Shown here: positions 1 through 10,382 of the stretch, in pieces
Numbering within the stretch: the stretch's first letter is position 1
Layout: every line of letters begins with the position of its first letter
Assembly: GCA_030831315.1 (NCBI GenBank)
Contig: JAURLI010000024.1
Location: forward strand, 6,565 to 70,564
Length of the DNA: 64,000 nucleotides
Direction: 5' to 3'
Origin: Alphaproteobacteria bacterium
Lineage (GTDB): Bacteria; Pseudomonadota; Alphaproteobacteria; SMXQ01
Made by a program: the position numbers and the translations under genes
The notes under the pieces: model-generated
The model's database searches: none
Told to the model about the DNA's origin: nothing
Seen by the model: the letters and a program-made list of their open reading frames with translations, nothing else

Positions 1-1397
1 CGGACGGACAGGTTTTCGTCGCCGAAAGCGAAGCCGATGCCGTGGCCGAGGCCGCCAGCCATTACGGCAAGGAAGTCGCCCTCAGGCGCGATGCCGATGT
101 GCTGGACACCTGGTTCTCATCGGCGCTGTGGCCTTTCTCGACGCTAGGTTGGCCGGAAAAAACCGAACATCTCGCCCGCTATTACCCGACCGATGTTCTG
201 GTGACGGGTTTCGACATCATCTTCTTCTGGGTCGCCCGCATGATTATGATGGGCATCCACTTCATGGGCGAAGTGCCGTTCCGCGACGTCTACATCCACG
301 CCCTTGTTCGCGACGAACGCGGCCAGAAGATGTCGAAGTCGAAAGGCAACATCATCGACCCGCTCGACATCATCGGCAAATACGGCGCCGACGCCTTGCG
401 CTTCACCCTGTGTGCGCTGGCGGCACAGGGCCGCGACATCAAGCTTGCCGAGAACCGTGTCGAGGGCTACCGCAACTTTGCCACCAAGCTGTGGAATGCG
501 TCCCGTTTCGCCGAAATGAACGGCTGCGCCTGGGCGCCCGATTTCGATCCCGCCGCCAATACACTTCAGGTCAACCGCTGGATCGTCAGCGAACTGGCCC
601 TTGCGGCGGAAAAGACCGCGGCTGCCGTCGAGGACTACAAGTTCAACGAGGCGGCGAACCTGCTCTATCACTTTGCCTGGGGTACGTTCTGCGACTGGTA
701 TCTCGAGTTCATCAAGCCGGTGCTTGCCGAAGGCAGCGCCGCCGAACAGGCGGAAACGCGGGCCACCTGCGCCTGGGTTCTGGGCCAGTTACTGCACATG
801 CTGCATCCCTTCATGCCCTTCATCACCGAGGAAATGTGGGAAAACCTGACCGAAGGGAAGGGGGGCCGCCTCATTTCGGCTGCATGGCCCAACGTTCCCG
901 CTGCCGCCCGCGATGCCGACGCGCGCGCGGAAATGGACTGGGTCGTGCGGCTGATCTCATCGATCCGCACCGTCCGTTCCGAAATGAACGTGCCGGCGGC
1001 GGCCAAGATCCCGCTCGTGGTCAAGGATGCCAGTGAGAGCACGCGCGCGCGGATGGCCAAGCACATGACCGCGCTCGAACGCCTCGCCCGTATCGAAGGC
1101 GTCAGCGAGTTGTCCGGCGCCCTGCCAAAGGGTGCGGTGTCCGCTGTTCTTGACGAGGCAACCCTGATCCTGCCGCTTGCCGGGATCATCGACGTCGCTG
1201 CCGAGAAGGCGCGCCTTGCCAAGGAAATCGCCAAGGCCGAAGGCGAAATCACGAAGATCGAGAAGAAGCTGGGCAGCCCCGGATTCGTCGCCAAAGCCCC
1301 CGAAGAAGTCGTCGAGGAAAACCGAGAACGCCTCGCGGAATACTCGGCGCAGAAGCAGAAACTTTCCGAGGCCCTGTCACGCCTCGCCGACGCCTGA
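1..1397 (+). CDS. valS: Valyl-tRNA synthetase, C-terminal part (5' end lies outside the window)
   Basis: The ORF is open from the window start and stops with TGA at 1395-1397. It carries the class-I aaRS KMSKS motif (KMSKSKGN), an anticodon-binding region and a C-terminal coiled-coil typical of ValRS. Confidence 0.9.
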   Translation, partial: DGQVFVAESEADAVAEAASHYGKEVALRRDADVLDTWFSSALWPFSTLGWPEKTEHLARYYPTDVLVTGFDIIFFWVARMIMMGIHFMGEVPFRDVYIHALVRDERGQKMSKSKGNIIDPLDIIGKYGADALRFTLCALAAQGRDIKLAENRVEGYRNFATKLWNASRFAEMNGCAWAPDFDPAANTLQVNRWIVSELALAAEKTAAAVEDYKFNEAANLLYHFAWGTFCDWYLEFIKPVLAEGSAAEQAETRATCAWVLGQLLHMLHPFMPFITEEMWENLTEGKGGRLISAAWPNVPAAARDADARAEMDWVVRLISSIRTVRSEMNVPAAAKIPLVVKDASESTRARMAKHMTALERLARIEGVSELSGALPKGAVSAVLDEATLILPLAGIIDVAAEKARLAKEIAKAEGEITKIEKKLGSPGFVAKAPEEVVEENRERLAEYSAQKQKLSEALSRLADA

Positions 1398-1729
1398 CTC
1401 CGGTCCCCATCCGCGAAAAGTAATAATATTTTATGCGCTGATCCATAATCGGCGGGAATTGAGCCTTTTGGGCACCGGAAGGCCCAAACGCCCGCTAAAT
1501 CCGCGTGACAAGCCGCCCCGGACCGCGATAGCGTCCTTACCAGAACAACGGGGAATCCCGGCCGCTTCGGGGAGGCGGAGACCTTAAATAATACAGGTAC
1601 GCCGGAACTTCATACCGGCCCTCCCTTGACCGAATCCGGGTGCGGACCTCTGTTGGGCACGCGAATTTATTTTCGCATTCAAACTGCGGGCCGACGCGTC
1701 CGCGATGTTCAACTGGATAGGGGGGCCTC

Positions 1730-2182
1730 ATGGTCTCATTCACCCTTAACGGCAAGTCGGTTTCGGTCGAAGCCGACGGCAACACGCCACTTCTGTGGGT
1801 GCTGCGCGATCATCTCAATCTTACCGGCACGAAATACGGCTGCGGCGCCGGCCTTTGTGGCGCCTGCACGGTTCATGTCAACGGCCAGGCGGTAAAGGCC
1901 TGCCAGACAGAAGCCTCCTCGGTTCAGGGTGCGAAGGTCACGACCATCGAAGGCCTGTCGGCGAAGGGCAATCACCCGCTGCAGAAGGCCTGGATCGCCG
2001 AGCAGGTTCCCCAGTGCGGCTACTGCCAGTCCGGCCAGATCATGAAGGCGGCCGAGCTTCTCGCGAAAAACAAGAAGCCCTCCCGCGAACAGATCGTCGC
2101 CCACATGGACGGCAACATCTGCCGCTGCGGTACCTATAACCGCATCATCTCCGCAATTCAGCGTGCGTCGAAGGGAGCCTGA
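1730..2182 (+). CDS. (2Fe-2S)-binding small subunit of a molybdenum hydroxylase (isoquinoline 1-oxidoreductase alpha-like / aldehyde oxidoreductase small subunit)
   Basis: 150 aa containing two [2Fe-2S] cysteine clusters ([12 protein letters not shown]...; [10 protein letters not shown]...CRCGTY). It lies immediately upstream of the large Mo subunit, separated by 2 bp. Confidence 0.75.
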   Translation: MVSFTLNGKSVSVEADGNTPLLWVLRDHLNLTGTKYGCGAGLCGACTVHVNGQAVKACQTEASSVQGAKVTTIEGLSAKGNHPLQKAWIAEQVPQCGYCQSGQIMKAAELLAKNKKPSREQIVAHMDGNICRCGTYNRIISAIQRASKGA

Positions 2183-2184
2183 AC

Positions 2185-4359
2185 ATGACGGTCATCAAGA
2201 AGATGGGTCCCGAAATCTCCCGCCGCGGTTTCCTCGCAGGAACCTCCGGCATCTCCTTCGCCATCGCCTTCGGCGCCTCGGGCGCCAGCCTCGTGTCCCC
2301 GGCCTCGGCCGCGGCCACGCCCAAGGACTTCTCGGCCTGGGTTTCGATTGGCGCCGACAACAAGATCGTCATCAAGACGCCGGGGGCCGAAATGGGCCAG
2401 GGCTCGATGACGGGCGTGCCGCTTGCACTCGCGGAAGAACTTGACGCCGACTGGTCGAAGGTTCGCCTCGAATGGACGCCGTCCGAAGTCGGCACCTACG
2501 GCTACCGCATCGGCAAGAACAAGAGCATGGCCATCGTCGGCTCGCGCGCCGTGATGTACTACTACAACGACGTCCGCATGGCGGGCGCGCAGGTGCGCCG
2601 CGTGCTGCTCGATGCCGCCGCCGCCAAGTGGAAGGTTCCCGTGGCGGAACTCACCACCGGTCCTAACGTGGTCATTCATGCCAAGTCCAACCGCAAGATG
2701 ACCTACGGCCAGGTCGCGGCCTTCGCCAAGGTTCCGGCGAAGCTGCCCAAGGTGTCGAAGGACGACCTCAAGAAGCCGTCCCAGTTCCGTCTGATCGGCA
2801 ATACCAAGATGCAGCGCTACGACCTTCCGTCGAAGGTCAACGGCACGGCGCAGTTCGCTCTCGACGTCCACCTGCCAGGCATGGTTTACGCGACCACTGT
2901 CCATGGCCCTGTCGTCAACGCCTCGCCGGTCAGCTGGAACCACGCCAAGGTCGCAGCCATGAAGGACATCATCGGCACCGTCAAGCTGCCGAAGGGTGTC
3001 GCCATCGTCGGACGCACGTTCGAATCGGTGATGGCCGCTCGGTCGCAGCTGGATGTGAAGTGGAAGGACGGCAAGTCCCGCAACTTCGACTCCGAAGCCC
3101 AGCTTGAGAACGACTACCCCAAGGTCGCCGCGGACCCGAAAGCAAAGAAGACCAAGGTCTACGCCGTCGGCGATGCCGCCAAGGCGCTGACCTCGGGCGC
3201 CAAGAAGTTCCGCGACGAATACCGTTCGGACTTCGCCTATCACGCGCAGATGGAGCCGCTCAACGCAGTGGCCCGCTTCAGCCGTGATGGCCAGTCGGTC
3301 GAAATCTGGGACGGTACCCAGGCGCCTAGCCGCTGCCGCGAAGGTGTCGCCAAGGCGCTTGGCTTCAAGGTCGAGCAGGTGACCCACCACCAGTGCTTCA
3401 TGGGCGGCGGTTTCGGCCGCCGGTCGCTCGCCGACTACGCGGCAGAAGCCGCGCTGGTTGCGAAGGCCGCGAAGCGTCCGGTGAAGCTGGTCTGGACCCG
3501 CGAGGAGGACGTCGCCTTCGGCATGTTCCGTCCGCAGACCTACCAATGCATCGAGGCCGCAACGGATACCTCGGGCAAGGTGGTCGGATGGGAGCATTGC
3601 GTCGTCGGCGATGGCAAGAACCTCGCCACGGGCGGTATGGATATCAAGACCTACTACCAGATCCCGAACCGGCTGGGTGAACTCCGTGGCGTGTCCCACG
3701 GCATTCGCCTGAAGCACTGGCGCGCTGTTGCGCACCCGTTCAACATCTTCGCCATCGAAAGCACCGTCGACCAGATGGCCAAGGCGGCAGGGATGGACCC
3801 GATCGAGTTCCGTCTCAAGAACATGTCGCCTTCGCCGAAGATCGCGAAGGTTCTGGAGATGGTACGCGACATGTCCGACTGGGGCAAGAAGCGCCCCGAG
3901 GGACGCGCGATCGGCGTTTGGATCAGCGAACGCTCGGGCTCGCTCGCCGCGGGCGTGGCCGAGATTTCGCTCGACCGCAACACCGGCAAGATCCGGGTTC
4001 ACAAGACCTGGCTGGCGGTTGACGGCGGCACGGTCGTGCTGCCTGACGGCGCCAGGGCAAACATCGAGAGCGGCATCATCTGGGGCCTCTCTTCGATGCT
4101 GAGCGAGCGCATCACCATGAAGAAGGGCGTCGTGGAACAGTCGAACTTCCACGATTACCAGCTCCTTCGCATGTCCGATGTGCCTGAGGAAATGAACATC
4201 CAGTTCGTCAAGACCAACCGCAAGCCCACCGGGCTCGGTGAAATCGGCAACCCCTGGATCGGGGGCGCCATCGCCAATGCGTTCTTCTCCATGACCGGGA
4301 AGCGCCTCACGCACCTGCCGTTTACGCCGGACCGCGTGCTCGCTGCCCTCAAGGCGTGA
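2185..4359 (+). CDS. Molybdopterin-binding large subunit of the xanthine dehydrogenase/aldehyde oxidase family (IorB-like), Tat-exported
   Basis: 724 aa with an N-terminal twin-arginine signal (SRRGFLAGTSGISFAIAFGASGA). It is directly coupled to the 2Fe-2S subunit, and no FAD or cytochrome c subunit is adjacent. Confidence 0.75.
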   Translation: MTVIKKMGPEISRRGFLAGTSGISFAIAFGASGASLVSPASAAATPKDFSAWVSIGADNKIVIKTPGAEMGQGSMTGVPLALAEELDADWSKVRLEWTPSEVGTYGYRIGKNKSMAIVGSRAVMYYYNDVRMAGAQVRRVLLDAAAAKWKVPVAELTTGPNVVIHAKSNRKMTYGQVAAFAKVPAKLPKVSKDDLKKPSQFRLIGNTKMQRYDLPSKVNGTAQFALDVHLPGMVYATTVHGPVVNASPVSWNHAKVAAMKDIIGTVKLPKGVAIVGRTFESVMAARSQLDVKWKDGKSRNFDSEAQLENDYPKVAADPKAKKTKVYAVGDAAKALTSGAKKFRDEYRSDFAYHAQMEPLNAVARFSRDGQSVEIWDGTQAPSRCREGVAKALGFKVEQVTHHQCFMGGGFGRRSLADYAAEAALVAKAAKRPVKLVWTREEDVAFGMFRPQTYQCIEAATDTSGKVVGWEHCVVGDGKNLATGGMDIKTYYQIPNRLGELRGVSHGIRLKHWRAVAHPFNIFAIESTVDQMAKAAGMDPIEFRLKNMSPSPKIAKVLEMVRDMSDWGKKRPEGRAIGVWISERSGSLAAGVAEISLDRNTGKIRVHKTWLAVDGGTVVLPDGARANIESGIIWGLSSMLSERITMKKGVVEQSNFHDYQLLRMSDVPEEMNIQFVKTNRKPTGLGEIGNPWIGGAIANAFFSMTGKRLTHLPFTPDRVLAALKA

Positions 4360-4382
4360 GGAAGCGTAACCAATAAGAAGGG

Positions 4383-4416
4383 CAGGGCCGCGGGGGCAAC
4401 TCCGCGGCCCTTTTCC
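4383..4416 (+). terminator. Rho-independent terminator after the Mo-hydroxylase operon
   Basis: A GC-rich hairpin agggccgcggg-ggcaact-ccgcggccc is followed by tttt. Confidence 0.6.
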
Positions 4417-4511
4417 TTTGGATTTCGGCCCCATATCCGCCTTTGCGCGAGCGGCCCTGCGCGGGTATTCTCCGGCCTGTCCAGATACCCCGTCATTCAA
4501 GGAAAAGCGCC

Positions 4512-6251
4512 ATGCCCGACGCCGCCGGCAAGAACCGCAAATTCGACAAGGCAAAGCTGCCGTCCCGCCACACCACCGTGGGACCTGAACACGCCCCGCA
4601 TCGTTCCTACTACTACGCGATGGGCCTGACCGAGGAGCAGATCAACCAGCCCTTCGTCGGCGTTGCCACCTGCTGGAACGAGGCCGCGCCCTGCAACATC
4701 GCGCTGTCGCGTCAGGCGCAGTCGGCCAAAAAGGGCGTCGCCGATACTGGCGGCACGCCGCGGGAATTCACCACCATCACCGTGACCGACGGCATCGCCA
4801 TGGGCCACGAAGGCATGAAGTCATCGCTGGTCAGCCGCGAGGTCATCGCCGATTCGGTCGAACTCACCATGCGCGGACACTGCTACGACGCGCTCGTCGG
4901 CCTTGCCGGATGTGACAAGTCGCTGCCGGGCATGATGATGGTGATGCTGCGCCTCAACGTGCCCAGCGTTTTCATGTACGGCGGCACCATTCTGCCCGGC
5001 AAGTTCAAGGGCAAGGATGTCACCGTCGTCGACGTGTTCGAAGCCGTCGGCCAGCATGCCGCGGGTAACATGTCGGCAGCCGATCTGCATGAGCTCGAAT
5101 GCGTGGCCTGTCCGTCGGCCGGCTCCTGCGGCGGTCAGTTCACCGCCAATACGATGGCCTGCGTGTCGGAGGCCATCGGCCTCGCGCTGCCCGGCTCCGC
5201 CGGCGCGCCGGCGCCTTACGAAAGCCGCGACGCCTATGCCGAGGCTTCGGGCCGCGCGGTGATGGACCTGCTCGAAAAGAACATTCGCCCGCGCGACATC
5301 GTCACCCTTGCCGCGCTCGAGAACGCTGCCAAGGTCGTCGCCGCTACCGGCGGTTCCACCAACGCGGCCCTTCACCTGCCGGCCATGGCGCACGAAGCGG
5401 GAATCAGGTTCGACCTCGATGACGTGGCGAAGATCTTCCGCGAAACCCCCTATATCGCCGACCTGAAACCGGGCGGGCGCTACGTGGCGAAGGACCTGTT
5501 CGACGTGGGCGGCGTGCCCATCGTCATCAAGACGCTGCTCGACGCCGGGATTCTCGACGGCTCGTGCCTGACCGTCACCGGCAAGACCCTTGCCGAAAAC
5601 CACGCCAATATCGTGTTCCCCAAGGATCAGGACGTGGTGCGGCCTGCCAGCAATCCGATCACGCCGACCGGCGGCGTCGTCGGCCTCAAGGGCTCGCTCG
5701 CCCCGGAAGGCGCCATCGTCAAGGTCGCCGGCATGAAGAAACTGACCTTCACCGGTCCCGCGCGCTGCTTCGATTGCGAAGAGCAGGCCTTTGCCGCCGT
5801 CGTCGAAGGCCGCATCAAGGAAGGCGACGTCATCATCATCCGCTACGAAGGCCCGAAGGGCGGCCCGGGCATGCGCGAAATGCTGTCCACCACTGCGGCG
5901 CTTTACGGCCGCGGCATGGGCGAGCAGGTGGCACTGATTACCGACGGGCGCTTCTCGGGCGCCACACGCGGCTTCTGCATCGGCCATGTCGGGCCGGAAG
6001 CCGCGGTGGGCGGTCCCATCGGCCTGCTGAAAGACGGCGACATGATCCGCATCGACGCGGCCAAAGGCACGCTCGACGTCGATCTTTCTCCCGCCGAACT
6101 GGAAGCGCGGCGCAAGGCCTGGAAGCCGCGCCAGAACAACTACCAGTCGGGCGCACTGTGGAAGTTCGCCCAGCTGGTCGGCCCCGCCTACAAGGGCGCC
6201 GTAACCCATCGCGGCGCCGAAGCCGAAACCCACGTCTACGCCGATATCTAA
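4512..6251 (+). CDS. ilvD: Dihydroxy-acid dehydratase (IlvD/Edd family, short form)
   Basis: The ATG at 4512 is preceded by the RBS aagga. IlvD motifs are present ([36 protein letters not shown]-terminal GPGMREML). The upstream part of ORF 4443 overlaps the terminator and is probably not coding. Confidence 0.85.
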   Translation: MPDAAGKNRKFDKAKLPSRHTTVGPEHAPHRSYYYAMGLTEEQINQPFVGVATCWNEAAPCNIALSRQAQSAKKGVADTGGTPREFTTITVTDGIAMGHEGMKSSLVSREVIADSVELTMRGHCYDALVGLAGCDKSLPGMMMVMLRLNVPSVFMYGGTILPGKFKGKDVTVVDVFEAVGQHAAGNMSAADLHELECVACPSAGSCGGQFTANTMACVSEAIGLALPGSAGAPAPYESRDAYAEASGRAVMDLLEKNIRPRDIVTLAALENAAKVVAATGGSTNAALHLPAMAHEAGIRFDLDDVAKIFRETPYIADLKPGGRYVAKDLFDVGGVPIVIKTLLDAGILDGSCLTVTGKTLAENHANIVFPKDQDVVRPASNPITPTGGVVGLKGSLAPEGAIVKVAGMKKLTFTGPARCFDCEEQAFAAVVEGRIKEGDVIIIRYEGPKGGPGMREMLSTTAALYGRGMGEQVALITDGRFSGATRGFCIGHVGPEAAVGGPIGLLKDGDMIRIDAAKGTLDVDLSPAELEARRKAWKPRQNNYQSGALWKFAQLVGPAYKGAVTHRGAEAETHVYADI

Positions 6252-6273
6252 CGGCCTGATACCTGACCATGAA

Positions 6274-6305
6274 AAGGGCGGAAACCCGGGTTTCCGCCCT
6301 TTTCA
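6274..6305 (+). terminator. Rho-independent terminator after ilvD
   Basis: aaagggcggaaacc-cggg-tttccgccctttt forms a perfect inverted repeat followed by a T run. Confidence 0.65.
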
Positions 6306-6413
6306 CGTGGGTTTTTCCCCATCCTCGGCAATCTCACGTTAACTAAAGTCTGCTGAAATCAATGCGATACGGGGAAAGCCCGTAACCGCCGCCACCGGAA
6401 GAGGAGGCGAAAG

Positions 6414-6926
6414 ATGTCCGCATCGCTGCTGTCCCATTTCCAGATGCTGGGACGCTATAACCGTCGTGCCAATCGCACCCTGTACGCGGCCTGTGCTGCG
6501 CTGCCGCGGGAAGAAATCTTTCGCCCGCGCGTCTGCGTCTTCAACTCGGTGCTGGGACTGCTCAATCATATCCTCGTCGTCGACCGCATCTGGATGGATC
6601 GCTTTACCCAGACCGACCGCGAGGCGCCGACCCTCGACACGGTGCTCTATCCCGAATTCGACGAGTTGAGGAAGGCACGCACCGAAGAAGACGACCGCAT
6701 CCAGGAATTCATGGAAAACTTGAGGATCGCTTTTCTGTCAGCGCGCTTCCAGTACAAGGATCACCTGGGCCAGTACCGCCAGGACGGTGCCGACATCCTG
6801 GTCGCCCATTTCTTCAACCACCAGACCCATCATCGCGGCCAGGTCCACGCGATGCTGACCCAATCGGGCGCCGACGAGTTGAGCCTCGACCTGCATCGCC
6901 TGCTGCACCCGATGGTGCCGGCCTAG
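6414..6926 (+). CDS. DinB/YfiT-like (DinB_2) metal-dependent hydrolase family protein
   Basis: 170 aa with conserved HHRGQ near the C-terminus and a good RBS (ggaagaggagg) upstream of the ATG. Confidence 0.65.
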   Translation: MSASLLSHFQMLGRYNRRANRTLYAACAALPREEIFRPRVCVFNSVLGLLNHILVVDRIWMDRFTQTDREAPTLDTVLYPEFDELRKARTEEDDRIQEFMENLRIAFLSARFQYKDHLGQYRQDGADILVAHFFNHQTHHRGQVHAMLTQSGADELSLDLHRLLHPMVPA

Positions 6927-7672
6927 CCGCCACCGATCCGGCGCGCAATCTTCCGCACCCGTGCCGCATTGGTGCCGCCATCGCGCCCTCCGACGCGGGA
7001 CGAAGAGCGGATATCCACACGCGCACCGCTCGTTTCCGTCGTCACCCGGATCACCACGTCGTCCTTGAAACCGAACCAGAAGGTCGTCGCCGTCGCCTCG
7101 ATGCGGCCGGCTGTCTTGTCCGCGGCCATCACGTCCAATCCCAACGCCTGCACAACCGAAAGCGCGCGGTCGAACGCTTCGTCAGGACGAAGGGTCAGGC
7201 GAACGGGCAGAATATCGGGGTAGGTGCGCGCCTGAACCGCGGCATTATCCGGATCGTAGTCAACATCGTTGCGCGCACCAGCAGCGCGCCGAACCTCGAC
7301 TGCGGCAACGAAGGGCGGGGGGCTCTGGGTATCGGTGGTGACATCTGGCAGGCGCACGCTCGCCCGCAGAACCGCCCGACTCTGGTAGGGGATCCACGCA
7401 ACCGCGCCGCCCAGCACGACGCCGATCAGTGCCATCAGCACGGCGCCGCGTACCCGCGACCAGCCGAGCGCGAGGCCCAGCAGCGAAACCGCGACCGATC
7501 CCAGACCCAGCCAAGCCACCCAGCCGAGCACGGCAAAGCCGTCGCGATAGGCCCACCACCCCAGGCGATGACCGAAACCGGCGCCCACAGCAACAACCGC
7601 CGCCACGACGCCAAGAACGAGCCCCAGCGCCGCAATGCGTACCGACCAGATCACGAGGTTCATCGCCGCCAT
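6923..7672 (-). CDS. DUF1499-like membrane protein
   Basis: Several N-terminal TM helices are followed by a soluble C-terminal domain (FWFGFKDDVVIRV...SRVG) resembling DUF1499. The family call is from memory. Confidence 0.5.
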   Translation of the reverse strand: MAAMNLVIWSVRIAALGLVLGVVAAVVAVGAGFGHRLGWWAYRDGFAVLGWVAWLGLGSVAVSLLGLALGWSRVRGAVLMALIGVVLGGAVAWIPYQSRAVLRASVRLPDVTTDTQSPPPFVAAVEVRRAAGARNDVDYDPDNAAVQARTYPDILPVRLTLRPDEAFDRALSVVQALGLDVMAADKTAGRIEATATTFWFGFKDDVVIRVTTETSGARVDIRSSSRVGGRDGGTNAARVRKIARRIGGG

Positions 7673-7711
7673 GGGGCATCCTCGCCCGCGCCGGGCGCTG
7701 CGTCCAGTAGG

Positions 7712-8989
7712 CTAGGGCCGGCCTTCACCGCCGCCTTCGGGTGGATAGATGGTGACTTCAGGCCGCGACACGGCGCGCGGGTCCAGTTCCACGACGGCGG
7801 GGGTCGCGGGTGCCATGGGCATGAAGCCGGATTTTTCCGAATCGGGCACGGGCGGCGCCTCGACCGCACGCCAGACGGCAAAACCGCCAAGCGCCGCCGC
7901 CATCACTGCAATCGTCACGAACAGACCGTCGGGCCCCATCAGCCCCATCGCCGTGGTGGAAACGATCGGCCCCAGCGTCGCCCCGGTGCCGGAGGCGAAA
8001 ATCAGCCCGCCGCTGACCGCGACACTGTCATTCTTCGATACCACATCGTTGGCATGGGCGACGGCCAGCGGGTAGAGGACGTAGGCGACACCGCCATAGA
8101 GGATGGCCGCGCCGATGGCACCCAGATCGCCCAGCCGTGAGACGAAGATCATCACAAGTGCTGCGCCGATGATCGCGAAACCGACGCCCGCGATCAGACG
8201 GCGCCGGTCGAGCCGGTCCGACAGCCGCCCCATCGGCATCTGCAGGGCCAGGCCCGCGATCACCGCCAGGCCCATGAATACCGCGATGTCGGAGGTCTCA
8301 AGGCCGCGCGCGCGCGCGAACAGCGGCCCCGCCGAAACGAAGGATGTCCCGATGAAGCCTGCGGCAAAGCAGCCGACGGTGCCGAGCGGCGAAAGCCGCC
8401 ACAGGCGCCTGACTGACGGCAGGTGCGGCTCGGGGCGCTCCGGCTCGCCGATCCGTGTTGCTGCTACCGGCAGGAGCGCCAGCGCGAACAGCATGGCGGC
8501 GAAGGAAAACAGCTCATACCCGGAAGGCTTGCCTGCCAGCAGCAGGAACTGACCTGCACCGAAACCGAGGTAGTTCACGGTCATGTAGGCGCCGAGAACG
8601 CGACCGCGCATGTCGGAGGCCGTCCTGTGATTGAGCCAGCTTTCGAGGATCATCGCGCAGCCAGACAGCGCGAAGCCCGTCAGCATGCGCAGCAAAAGCC
8701 AGGAAACCGGATGGATCAACAGGGGGTGCGCGAGCGTCGCCGTCGCCGCCAAGGCCGCCATCATGGCGAAAAGGCGAATATGTCCGACGCGGTGAATGAG
8801 ACGTGGCACCACCAGGGGGCCGAACAGGAATCCGAAGGCATGGGCCGACATGACGAGGCCGGCGGACGACAGGGGAAAGCCTTCGATCCCCATGCGCAAT
8901 GCCAGCAGCGAATTGATCAGGCCGCTCGCCATCATCAACAGGCCAAAGCCCAGGAACAGCGCCGTCAGTTGCTTGATTTCTCGATTCAT
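7712..8989 (-). CDS. MFS transporter
   Basis: Start is taken at MNREIKQ (ATG 8989). It has 12-TM character and MFS-like loop motifs (GRLSDRLDRRR). Confidence 0.75.
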   Translation of the reverse strand: MNREIKQLTALFLGFGLLMMASGLINSLLALRMGIEGFPLSSAGLVMSAHAFGFLFGPLVVPRLIHRVGHIRLFAMMAALAATATLAHPLLIHPVSWLLLRMLTGFALSGCAMILESWLNHRTASDMRGRVLGAYMTVNYLGFGAGQFLLLAGKPSGYELFSFAAMLFALALLPVAATRIGEPERPEPHLPSVRRLWRLSPLGTVGCFAAGFIGTSFVSAGPLFARARGLETSDIAVFMGLAVIAGLALQMPMGRLSDRLDRRRLIAGVGFAIIGAALVMIFVSRLGDLGAIGAAILYGGVAYVLYPLAVAHANDVVSKNDSVAVSGGLIFASGTGATLGPIVSTTAMGLMGPDGLFVTIAVMAAALGGFAVWRAVEAPPVPDSEKSGFMPMAPATPAVVELDPRAVSRPEVTIYPPEGGGEGRP

Positions 8990-8996
8990 GACGGGA

Positions 8997-9782
8997 TCAC
9001 GGCGAAAGTTCGCACCAGATCGGCGTGTGGTCGGATGCCTTCGGTTTGCCGCGCGGGCCCTTGTCGATGTCACAGGCCGCCAGCAGGTCGGTCGCCTGCG
9101 GACTCAGCAGCAGGTGATCGATACGCAGGCCGAAGCCCTTCTGCCAGGCGCCCGCCTGATAGTCCCAGAAGGTGTAACGGCCGATTTCCTTGTGCAGGGT
9201 GCGATAGGCCTCGGTATAGCCGAGATTGAGCAGGGCGCGGAACTTGCGCCGCACCTCCATGCGAAACAGGGCATCCTCGCGCCAGCCGTCGGGGTCAAAG
9301 ACATCGCCGTCTTCGGGGATGACGTTGTAATCGCCCGCCAGAACCACCGGCTCCTCGAGCGCCAGCAGGTCCCGCGCATGGGCGCCAAGCGCATCCATCC
9401 AGCGCAGCTTGTAGGTGAATTTCTCCGTATCCACGGGATTGCCGTTGGGCAGATAGATGGAGGCGACCCGCGCCATGCGCCCGCCGATATCCACCACCGC
9501 CTCGATGTAGCGCGCCTGTTCGTCACCTTCCATGCCGGGCAGGCCTTCGCGCACGTCCTCTATGTTGCCGCGCGCCAGAATGGCGACGCCGTTATAGGTT
9601 TTCTGACCGTGCACGGCACAGGAATACCCGGCGTCCTCGAATTCGAGGCGCGGGAAGGCGTCGGTCATGCATTTGATTTCCTGGAGGCAGACGACATCCG
9701 GCGCTTCGGCCTTGAGCCACTCAAGCACGTTGGGCAGCCGCGCCTTGACCGAATTGACGTTCCAGGTGGCGATCTTGGCCAA
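8997..9782 (-). CDS. xthA: Exodeoxyribonuclease III
   Basis: The N-terminus MAKIATWNVNSVKAR...DVVCLQEIK is a canonical Exo III/APE start. The RBS ggagga lies 7 nt upstream. Confidence 0.9.
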   Translation of the reverse strand: MAKIATWNVNSVKARLPNVLEWLKAEAPDVVCLQEIKCMTDAFPRLEFEDAGYSCAVHGQKTYNGVAILARGNIEDVREGLPGMEGDEQARYIEAVVDIGGRMARVASIYLPNGNPVDTEKFTYKLRWMDALGAHARDLLALEEPVVLAGDYNVIPEDGDVFDPDGWREDALFRMEVRRKFRALLNLGYTEAYRTLHKEIGRYTFWDYQAGAWQKGFGLRIDHLLLSPQATDLLAACDIDKGPRGKPKASDHTPIWCELSP

Positions 9783-9801
9783 AAAACTCCTCCCCTGAGG
9801 A

Positions 9802-9830
9802 AAAAAGAAAAGGCCCGCCGGGGCGGGCCT
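9802..9830 (-). terminator. Terminator downstream of erpA (minus strand)
   Basis: A hairpin ggcccgcc-gggg-cgggcc is followed on the minus strand by a T/C run (ttttcttttt). Confidence 0.5.
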
Positions 9831-9857
9831 CGATCTTATCAGGGCGCAGGGGGCGCG

Positions 9858-10208
9858 TCAGCCGATGGAAAAGGAATTGCCGCAGCCGCAGGACGCTTTC
9901 GCATTGGGATTTTGCACCACGAAGGAGGAACCCACCATCTCCTCGACGAAATCGACCTCGGCACCGCCCAGAAGACCGAGCGACACGTCATCGACCAGCA
10001 GCGTAACGCCGTCGCGGCCGAAAGCGTGGTCGTCGGCGCGCTGTTCATCGTCGAAGGAGAAACCGTAGGAAAAGCCCGAGCAACCGCCGCCGGAAACGGC
10101 GAGGCGCAGGATCATGCCCTGATGCTCCGGCTCAGCCACCAGCTCGGCGATTCGCCGCGCGGCGCGTTCGGTCAAAGTGACGACGGGATGGGTGGCGCTT
10201 TCGCTCAT
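9858..10208 (-). CDS. erpA: Iron-sulfur cluster insertion protein (HesB/IscA/ErpA family)
   Basis: 116 aa with the C-terminal CGCGNSF motif and an internal GGGCSGFSY. Confidence 0.8.
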   Translation of the reverse strand: MSESATHPVVTLTERAARRIAELVAEPEHQGMILRLAVSGGGCSGFSYGFSFDDEQRADDHAFGRDGVTLLVDDVSLGLLGGAEVDFVEEMVGSSFVVQNPNAKASCGCGNSFSIG

Positions 10209-10382
10209 GAGACCTGATTGCTCCGCTCTATGGGCCTGGGCCCTTCGCCCCTATATCTGGGAATGATTCGCTGTTTGTCAAACCGGGCCCGCGAGAAACC
10301 GGCCAAACCCGCTAAAATCCGCGCCATTCCGCCATTGCACCCCAGGGACCCGCATGGGAGAGTGCCGGGCGGAGTCGAGCAC

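Noticed and set aside
2158-4554. Very long antisense or alternative-frame ORFs. Examples are 2158..4554 (-), 4821..6233 (-), 10278..11567 (-), 29255..31003 (-), 34984..37200 (+), 38130..39662 (+), 42995..44314 (-) and 51893..54832 (-).
   Set aside because: They lie opposite or out of frame to strongly supported conserved genes (iorB, ilvD, dgt, secD/F, trmFO/MT-ATP-grasp, uvrA, gyrA, mfd). Their Arg/Ala/Gly-rich translations are typical of open antisense frames in high-GC DNA.
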